Below are positions 9,576 to 16,727 of a DNA stretch of 52,991 nt, in pieces (position 1 is the first letter of the stretch; every line of letters starts with the position of its first letter). This DNA comes from a virus (taxonomy: Duplodnaviria; Caudoviricetes): IMG/VR virus record IMGVR_UViG_3300009425_000021, positions 1 through 52,991 of that record; one strand, 5' to 3'. The translations under genes were made by a program, and so were the position numbers. Under the pieces are notes generated by a model. That model made no database searches. It saw nothing but the letters and a program-made list of their open reading frames with translations, and had not been told where the DNA came from.

Positions 9576-10499
9576 ATGAATATAGATGAAAAATTAAATA
9601 ATATGAAACCAAAAGATACTCCTTTACTTGTAATAGGATATATTATACTGGGTATGTTTTTATTAATGCCTTTAACAGCAACAGCCACAGATAACGAAGT
9701 ACAATTGGATCAAAACGGCGATGATGTTATTATTGGTATAGGTCAAGAAGGTTTAAATAATAGTGTTGATGTTGATTTAGGATTAACCCACAGTGATAAT
9801 AATATTTTAAGAGCACACCAAGACGGTGATAACAACGATATATTTTTTAGCACAGACGGTGATAGCAACGAAATATCAATATTGCAAACTGGACGACTTA
9901 ACGAAATTGGCTGGACCAATGCGTGGGGATCAGGCATAAACTGGGGCGGAGACTTAGACGGCGATAACAATACTTTAGCCTTTCAGCAACGTTGTTCCCG
10001 TGGTGCCGCATGTGGCAAATCAGATATAGGATTTCACATTAAAGGAGACTCCAACACAGTTCGATACGGACAAGGAGTTTATATGGCAAGCTCAACCAAT
10101 ACCGCATTTTTATACGATACCGACGAGGGCGGAAACCATACAACAACGTTAGACATTCACGGCGACAACAACACTCTTACTGGATACCAACGTAATGGAT
10201 CCATAAATGCTTACAGTGGTCATACCGCAAATTTATACCTGTACGGAGATAATCAAACACTCCATGCCGTTCAAGAAACCGACGGAGCAAAGACACTAAA
10301 TTATACCAGTAACGTGGATGGAACAGTTGGCAACATTAGACAAACTCATCACGGAGCCCACACAGCCACAGTAGTGCTAAACGGCACTTACCCAACTAAT
10401 ATAACTTTACTTCAAAATTCAACAACAGCACAGTCATACTCGATAACACAAAATTGTGTAACAGCAGGCGGCTGTACTATTTCGGTTACACAAGAATAA
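9576..10499 (+). CDS. Curlin-repeat secreted protein (CsgA/CsgB-like)
   Basis: Signal peptide; mature N-terminus ATDNEVQLDQNGD matches 7603; repeats QEGLNN, QDGDNN, QTGRLN, GDNN; ends CVTAGGCTISVTQE. Confidence 0.72.
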   Translation: MNIDEKLNNMKPKDTPLLVIGYIILGMFLLMPLTATATDNEVQLDQNGDDVIIGIGQEGLNNSVDVDLGLTHSDNNILRAHQDGDNNDIFFSTDGDSNEISILQTGRLNEIGWTNAWGSGINWGGDLDGDNNTLAFQQRCSRGAACGKSDIGFHIKGDSNTVRYGQGVYMASSTNTAFLYDTDEGGNHTTTLDIHGDNNTLTGYQRNGSINAYSGHTANLYLYGDNQTLHAVQETDGAKTLNYTSNVDGTVGNIRQTHHGAHTATVVLNGTYPTNITLLQNSTTAQSYSITQNCVTAGGCTISVTQE

Positions 10500-10503
10500 T
10501 CGG

Positions 10504-10532
10504 TTGACATAGTACGATTTCTGTACTATAAT
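10504..10532 (+). promoter_or_regulatory. Sigma70-type early promoter
   Basis: TTGACA-N17-TATAAT, perfect consensus. Confidence 0.85.
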
Positions 10533-10539
10533 ATAACTT

Positions 10540-10740
10540 ATGAAACACATGATCAAGTGGTTAAAAATATCTGCGGGTATAAATATATACCTTAGCTTCA
10601 TACTAACATTAGTCTTAGTAGCACTTATGGTGGATATTGGGCTAGATAGTTACTGGCACGGCGCAGACTTCAAGAATAGTATCATAGAAGAACTGCATAA
10701 CGCGGATGAACTAAAACGAAATGAGAACAACACAGGATAA
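10540..10740 (+). CDS. Small membrane protein
   Basis: One TM helix; ATG lies 7 nt after the -10 element (probably leaderless). Confidence 0.6.
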   Translation: MKHMIKWLKISAGINIYLSFILTLVLVALMVDIGLDSYWHGADFKNSIIEELHNADELKRNENNTG

Positions 10741-11038
10741 ACTTAATACTGCAATAGTTCAGTATAAGAGATCCATACAAGTGTTGTTGATACTTCCGCA
10801 TGGTGTACTATTCACAATACTTTTTCCCACTTTTGTATTTAATGTTATAGCCTGTACACTTATAATTATAATTTTCTGGATGTGGTGCGACTTAATTTAT
10901 TATATAGAAGAATCAAATAGAAATCAGATATTAGGCCTAATAGATACATGTACTAACGACCAAACCAAAGACATTTTGTGTTATGAATTATATTTGCATG
11001 ACCAAAATAGCATCTTTGGAGACCCACTAATTAGATAA
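10721..11038 (+). CDS. Hypothetical membrane protein (2 TM)
   Basis: Hydrophobic stretch at residues ~19-58; overlaps the previous gene. Confidence 0.6.
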   Translation: MRTTQDKLNTAIVQYKRSIQVLLILPHGVLFTILFPTFVFNVIACTLIIIIFWMWCDLIYYIEESNRNQILGLIDTCTNDQTKDILCYELYLHDQNSIFGDPLIR

Positions 11039-11094
11039 ATAATATATGTAATAATAGCAGATGGCTTTATTACCTTATATATAAGGAGACGGAT

Positions 11095-11373
11095 ATGAAC
11101 AATTTAGTATCTTTTTTCGGTTTAATTCTTTTATCAAGCATCGTAGGATGTGCCTCAGTTGGTGGCGCCTGGAATGCTGGTACAGAGATTGTCACAGGAA
11201 CAGTTGACTCTGTTGTGGGCGGAGCCGCCACAATGGCAGTAGCGATTACTGATGATGTTCGAAACATTGCAGACGTAACTATTGACACAGCACAAGGTGT
11301 TGTTAGAACAGTTGCAGAAAATGTTGATAAACAGACTGATGAATTACAAAAAGACAAAGAGCCGGGAAAGTAG
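11095..11373 (+). CDS. Small lipoprotein (short form, 92 aa)
   Basis: AAGGAG SD; lipobox IVGC; amphipathic V/T/A-rich helices; late promoter GATAAATA at 11034. Confidence 0.8.
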   Translation: MNNLVSFFGLILLSSIVGCASVGGAWNAGTEIVTGTVDSVVGGAATMAVAITDDVRNIADVTIDTAQGVVRTVAENVDKQTDELQKDKEPGK

Positions 11374-11498
11374 GTAACTTTTCTCTTTTCAGAAAAGAGA
11401 AGGAAAAGGAACTCACAGCACAGGAATTAGTTTTGCTTTTCAAACAGAACCAAGAAAAGTTAGAACAATACTGTACAGCTAACCCAACAGAATGTTAA
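11364..11498 (+). other. Programmed -1 frameshift site and extension (G GGA AAG plus hairpin), adding 42 aa
   Basis: Slippery GGGAAAG at 11364-11370 directly before TAG; hairpin at 11379-11402; the -1 frame stays open to TAA at 11496-11498, just before the terminator. Confidence 0.7.
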
Positions 11499-11502
11499 CA
11501 CT

Positions 11503-11527
11503 AAAGCACTCGCAAGAGTGCTTTTTT
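11503..11527 (+). terminator. Intrinsic terminator
   Basis: AAAGCACTC-GCAA-GAGTGCTTTTTT. Confidence 0.88.
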
Positions 11528-11636
11528 GTTTTTTAAACGATAAATACTTGTACATAATAACACAGGGTTTACTTATAACACCACACAAACACACCTAAGC
11601 GAACCAACAAAAGCACAGTACCCTAAAGGAGAAAAA

Positions 11637-13070
11637 ATGAAGATAAGAATCTTATCAGCATTAGCCTTGATTGGGTTAATGACGACAACGGGTACATTAC
11701 AAGCCCAAGCCACTGGCACATGTACAGCAGGCACCCAGTATTGTGAAGCAAGTACAACGGATACTACAAGTACCACCACAACTACTGCAACTAATAATAA
11801 TACGAATACTTCGACCAATACAAATAATTCGACGAACACGAATACCAACGCAAACACAAACACGAATACTTCGACTAATACAAATAATTCAACTAACACG
11901 AATACTTCGACAAATAATAACACCAACGCAAATACGAACACGAATACCAACGCGAACACAAACACGAATACCAACACGAATACCAACGCGAACACAAACA
12001 CGAATACCAACACCAACAATAACACCAACAATAACACCAACGCAAACACAAACACGAATAATTCGACCAATACGAATAATTCGACCAACAGCAACACCAA
12101 TAATAATACTTCGACGAATAATAATACCAATAATAACACCAACAATAATAATAATACGTCGACAAGTACAAATAATAACGTGTCAAGCGGTGGAACGAAT
12201 AACACAAATGCTAACACGAATAACAACACCAATACCAACAATAGTACTTCGAACAATACTAACACCAATAATAACACCAGTGATAGCACGGTAAACAGTA
12301 CAAGTAATAATACGAATACTAACAACAGTAATATTGATCAAAATGTTAACTCGAATAGTACTAGTAACAATACTAACACCAATAATAACAATAACAATTC
12401 GACCAGTGAAAATACCAATAACAATAATAACACGTCGACTAGTGACAGTAATGTAACAACTGACAACACGTCAGAAAGCAACAATACTAACACCAACAAT
12501 AATACTAACAAAAACGAAAACATCAATAAGACTGACCAGACTATTAAACAAGAAATAACAACTAAGGCTCCACCTGCTAGTGCTATAGCACCAAGTATAG
12601 GTTCAAGTTACTCACAAGACTTATGTACAACTGGTATATCAGGTGCTTTCCAAGGACAGGTATTTGGACTAAGTGGCGGTAAGAGTGTAAGAGACATGAA
12701 CTGTGAACGTATCAAGTTAAGTAAAACAATATACGATATGGGTATGAAAGTTGCGGCAGTTAGTTTAATGTGTCAAGACGAACGTGTATTTAAAGCAATG
12801 GAAATGGCTGGAACGCCTTGTCCTTATATGGGATCAATTGGCGATGCGGCTACTAAGCAATGGGCAGAGAATAGCGATGAACGAGCAGATGCTAAACGTG
12901 GATGGTTCGGCAAAAAGAAAAGTAACAGGTCATCAGCTGAAGTAGACTCGAGTGTACTTAACTCAGGCGAAGACTTTGAAAAGTTCATGAAAAAATGTCG
13001 TAAGAAATCAGGCAAAGGCAAGAAGAAAAGTAAAGGCCAATGTGAGGCAGAGTGGGAATCAAACACTTAA
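11637..13070 (+). CDS. Secreted Asn/Thr-rich low-complexity protein with Cys-rich C-terminal domain
   Basis: AAGGAG SD, late promoter at 11539, signal peptide, ~250-aa N/T/S tract (NTNTNANTNTN...), C-terminal APSIG...DLC...NCERIKL...MCQDERV...AGTPCP domain. Confidence 0.8.
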   Translation: MKIRILSALALIGLMTTTGTLQAQATGTCTAGTQYCEASTTDTTSTTTTTATNNNTNTSTNTNNSTNTNTNANTNTNTSTNTNNSTNTNTSTNNNTNANTNTNTNANTNTNTNTNTNANTNTNTNTNNNTNNNTNANTNTNNSTNTNNSTNSNTNNNTSTNNNTNNNTNNNNNTSTSTNNNVSSGGTNNTNANTNNNTNTNNSTSNNTNTNNNTSDSTVNSTSNNTNTNNSNIDQNVNSNSTSNNTNTNNNNNNSTSENTNNNNNTSTSDSNVTTDNTSESNNTNTNNNTNKNENINKTDQTIKQEITTKAPPASAIAPSIGSSYSQDLCTTGISGAFQGQVFGLSGGKSVRDMNCERIKLSKTIYDMGMKVAAVSLMCQDERVFKAMEMAGTPCPYMGSIGDAATKQWAENSDERADAKRGWFGKKKSNRSSAEVDSSVLNSGEDFEKFMKKCRKKSGKGKKKSKGQCEAEWESNT

Positions 13071-16000
13071 TAACAGCCCTTGCTGTAGGCATACTAACTT
13101 TATTTCCTACAGTATCTGAAGCCAACGGTGGATATACCAGTGGTGGGAATGATTATCCTCTGGTAAATCTTGTCGACAATTATTACAATGGTAATTCTAA
13201 CAACTCTATACTATGCCAAGGCGCCGCAGATGAAACAGGCTGTAATATCGCATTTGGTATTGGCTTTGACTTCGAATGGCACGGCGAAACATTTACCCAT
13301 GGATTAATGAGTACTAATGGTTGTTTAAAACTGTTGAAGTCAAGTGCGTTTAGCAGTAGTGATTACTGTAGTTATGATGTAAAGCATCTAAGTGCTTCTT
13401 CCGGAACAAACGATACACTATTCCCTTTCTGGAGTGACTTAGACTTAGGCACGATATACGATACTCAAGCACCTCATAACAGCACAATGCTCTTTAATAT
13501 TACAGGCAACTTTGCTACATTTGGTTGGTACTACATGCGTGAGTATGGTGTAACAGCAGATACAGATCAGTTTGATCCGCAGTATCCAAACGCACATAAT
13601 ACGTTTGAAGTAGTACTTTTAAATCAAAACTGTTCTGATTGCCCTGGTGATGAAACAGATGAAAATGATGACTATGCTTACATATACGGCAACTTAGAAA
13701 TAAACCATTCCAATGTTTTAATTGGAGAAAAGAAAAACGAGGACAACTTTAACGAAGCATACTTTTTCAGTGATAACAGTTATTGTGCTGATTGTGTTAA
13801 TCCAAATGATGGAACTTTAGGACGTTACTTGTTTATATGGGACGACTATGATAACGGAACATTAGAAGGTGGAGCCATATACAAAGATGGCAACGGAATA
13901 CAACCAACAGAATGCGAAAGCGACCCTCTTTATAGTACAGCATGTAGTTTATATAGTGTAACTTTTTTAGCACAACAATGCGGGTTCGATAGTTCATATA
14001 GTCCAGACTGTGTAGGATACTTTGTTGACTTAGAAGATATGTACGATGATCAAGAGGCATGTTATAACGATCCAAACTTACCACAATGTGCTGGATTAGG
14101 TATTTTTGATACTACCTCTCAATTTGATTATGCTACAGGAAACACAGGCCCTTATTATAATCCAAACGATTTTGGCAACATGGACGGTTACGATCCTAAC
14201 ACAGGATTAGTAACACAAAGCGATGGTTCACAAATTAGTATCCAAGGTGATTACTATTCAGACGGATACGATCCTAACGCGGATTACGACAGCATGAATT
14301 CAAATACTGGCGATGACTTTTATATGGACTCAACCGGTGTGTATACTCCTAATCAATATGACCCAATGGAAGATGATGATATACAGTACGAATATTTAAA
14401 TGAAGAACAAAAAATGTTAGTTGATCAAGGTTTAAGTCCGCAAGAAGCAACATTAATCACAATGGGTACGCAAGATATAATAGCACTAGGCCATGATCCG
14501 GACATACAGTTTAGCGGCAACAATCCAGGTGATTTCGTAATAGATAAACTGGGCGGATTAGAAAATTATGATTTAGAACTACATGATGACGCCATGCAGG
14601 CACAGGCAAACGCAAATGGATTTGAAGATAATTATATTGACAGTGATATCTGGGCAACAGAAGAATACATACTACAAGAAGAACAATGGGAAGCAGAGTT
14701 TGAAGCAGAGTTTGGTGTAGAAGCATACAGTTGGACATCAAAAGAATGGTATGATTATGATGTAAAAACTGCTGGGCAAGACCAAGTGGATGAGTGGTAC
14801 GGCAAAGATGTGGTATTTGACGAGCGTGGAGAAATGCAATGGGAATCATTTGATATGATGCTGGATGAAGATTATGCTTATGAAGTATATGAAGTTTATT
14901 CAGACGAAGAAGACCTAATGTATGAAAATATGTTAGCAGATGATATCCAACGAGAAAAATGCCCTACTTGTGAACTTGAAGAATTTTTTGACTTATCAGA
15001 AGATGAGTTAATAGCATTTGAGAACGAAAGAATGTATGAGGAAGAAGCATACTTTGACCTTGATCCAAAAGAGGCATTCGAAGCCTTTATTAAAGAAGAA
15101 GGATTAGAGGACATACTAAGTGTAGACGAATTAGACGAATTTAGAAATGAAGTGTATGCTGACATGGAACAACATGAAGAACAGCATACAGAACAGTATC
15201 AAGAAGGCCCGGGTGATTATCAGGTAGCAAACTCTTCCACACCAAAAGCACAAGAACAACGAAAAGAACAGCAACAAGAACAACAAAAAACAGACACGCA
15301 GTTTCTTAGTAATGCTGGTTCAGGTGTAATGAGTGTTAGTGTAGCAGAATTTAATTTAGACTTTAACAGTGGCGATGGCGGCAGTACACAGGAAGTAGTC
15401 GAAGAACTTATTGCTGATATTATAGATGATGGCTCGGGTAGTGTTGACGATGGCTCAGGTAGTGTTGACGATGGCTCCGGCAGTAGTGGCAACGACGGCA
15501 GTAGTAGTTATGCCCAAAGCAATGACGGTTCAGGCCAATCGCAAAATTCAGATGGTAGCCAAGACAGCGGACAAGGAATGTTAGCACAAGAAGATACAAG
15601 TGGTGATAGTTTCTTCCAAGAACAAATAGAGCAAAGCATGGGACAAGAAAGTTTTAGTGCTACAACAAGTGTAACAGAATCATTTGACACTGGTGCATTT
15701 TCAGTTGCTGAAAGTTCAGCAGATGCACAAACAGTACAACAAGAAGAGACACTACAGTTTGTAGAAAATTTCGACGATGGGACTAGTGGCATAAGTGGAG
15801 CAGACATACAGTTTGAAGATGAACTAACCACAGCATTAAGTAGTGGCACAGGATTAACAGAATTCCTAAGCCAGGCACCAGCAGATTACAGCAGGTTTGA
15901 AGTTGAAGCGCCTACGTTCCAAGAGCAAAGACAATCAGACGCAGTAGAAAGTTTAGCAGATACAATGGGAGCAACAGTTGCCGCGGCAAACCTACAAGCA

Positions 16001-16279
16001 GAATTAGACACAATACAAGCAGGCAATGAGGGCTCCAGTGAATATGGTGACCAAACTATTGCAGTTGCTTATATTGGTTATACAGCAGGCTTTAGTGAGT
16101 ACACTAGCCAAATACAATTAGCAGACCAACAAGCATGGTATGGTAGTTCGCAAGTGTACAAAGGACAAAAGAATGTTGATAACGTACAGAGTTTTTATAT
16201 GATGGCTGGAAATACTCAAGAAAAACTAAAAGCAATGATAATCAGCCAATACAAATTAAAAGAAAAACAGGAGAAATAA
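13052..16279 (+). CDS. Large acidic secreted protein with nidogen(NIDO)-like N-terminal region and Cys repeats
   Basis: Signal peptide; IGFDFEWHGETFT..MSTNG and LFPFWSDL resemble NIDO; CxxDPxYSxxC repeats; very D/E-rich. Confidence 0.7.
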   Translation: MGIKHLITALAVGILTLFPTVSEANGGYTSGGNDYPLVNLVDNYYNGNSNNSILCQGAADETGCNIAFGIGFDFEWHGETFTHGLMSTNGCLKLLKSSAFSSSDYCSYDVKHLSASSGTNDTLFPFWSDLDLGTIYDTQAPHNSTMLFNITGNFATFGWYYMREYGVTADTDQFDPQYPNAHNTFEVVLLNQNCSDCPGDETDENDDYAYIYGNLEINHSNVLIGEKKNEDNFNEAYFFSDNSYCADCVNPNDGTLGRYLFIWDDYDNGTLEGGAIYKDGNGIQPTECESDPLYSTACSLYSVTFLAQQCGFDSSYSPDCVGYFVDLEDMYDDQEACYNDPNLPQCAGLGIFDTTSQFDYATGNTGPYYNPNDFGNMDGYDPNTGLVTQSDGSQISIQGDYYSDGYDPNADYDSMNSNTGDDFYMDSTGVYTPNQYDPMEDDDIQYEYLNEEQKMLVDQGLSPQEATLITMGTQDIIALGHDPDIQFSGNNPGDFVIDKLGGLENYDLELHDDAMQAQANANGFEDNYIDSDIWATEEYILQEEQWEAEFEAEFGVEAYSWTSKEWYDYDVKTAGQDQVDEWYGKDVVFDERGEMQWESFDMMLDEDYAYEVYEVYSDEEDLMYENMLADDIQREKCPTCELEEFFDLSEDELIAFENERMYEEEAYFDLDPKEAFEAFIKEEGLEDILSVDELDEFRNEVYADMEQHEEQHTEQYQEGPGDYQVANSSTPKAQEQRKEQQQEQQKTDTQFLSNAGSGVMSVSVAEFNLDFNSGDGGSTQEVVEELIADIIDDGSGSVDDGSGSVDDGSGSSGNDGSSSYAQSNDGSGQSQNSDGSQDSGQGMLAQEDTSGDSFFQEQIEQSMGQESFSATTSVTESFDTGAFSVAESSADAQTVQQEETLQFVENFDDGTSGISGADIQFEDELTTALSSGTGLTEFLSQAPADYSRFEVEAPTFQEQRQSDAVESLADTMGATVAAANLQAELDTIQAGNEGSSEYGDQTIAVAYIGYTAGFSEYTSQIQLADQQAWYGSSQVYKGQKNVDNVQSFYMMAGNTQEKLKAMIISQYKLKEKQEK
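15425..15484 (+). repeat. 21-bp tandem repeat x3 (DDGSGSV)
   Basis: GAYGATGGCTCNGGYAGTGTT units with synonymous variation. Confidence 0.8.
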
Positions 16280-16280
16280 A

Positions 16281-16712
16281 ATGGCAGAAGTAGAATATGC
16301 AGGTGTAAAAATGAGTGGTTCAAAACTCATGATTATACTTCCTTTACTTGGTACTTTAATTGGTGGGCTATGGGGAGGCTTTGAACTCTACAGTAGACTA
16401 CTTGATGCTGAAGAAAAATTAGCAAACTTACAACCAGAAGCAATTCAGCAAGAGTTAGCAAATATTCGTGAACTTACTGATATTATCAAAACAGATTTAA
16501 GGGATGATATTACTATTGCAATGGATTTAGCAAGAGCAACAGATAAAACATCAGCTGAAACACAACGAGAAATTAGAAACGATGTGTATGCTATGGAACG
16601 TGACATGAATACACGTTTTAAAGACATGGATACAGAAACTAGAGAGCTAAGAAAAGAACTGGAAGAAAAGATAATGACTATACTTGAAAATCCACTCAAC
16701 GACACTGAATAA
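16281..16712 (+). CDS. Single-TM coiled-coil protein
   Basis: AGGAG SD; TM segment LMIILPLLGTLIGGLWGGF, then heptad-rich helix. Confidence 0.75.
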   Translation: MAEVEYAGVKMSGSKLMIILPLLGTLIGGLWGGFELYSRLLDAEEKLANLQPEAIQQELANIRELTDIIKTDLRDDITIAMDLARATDKTSAETQREIRNDVYAMERDMNTRFKDMDTETRELRKELEEKIMTILENPLNDTE

Positions 16713-16727
16713 CAGCTAAATACTGTT

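Noticed and set aside
11573-12526. Leu/Val-rich minus-strand ORFs and an alternative-frame plus ORF over the Asn/Thr tract
   Set aside because: By-products of the low-complexity AAY/ACN repeat; no SD or promoter support.
11790-12530. Possible CRISPR array or DGR template in the repetitive DNA
   Set aside because: Repeats are degenerate codon-level units within a CDS, with no constant repeat/unique spacer pattern. There is no cas or reverse transcriptase gene in the window.
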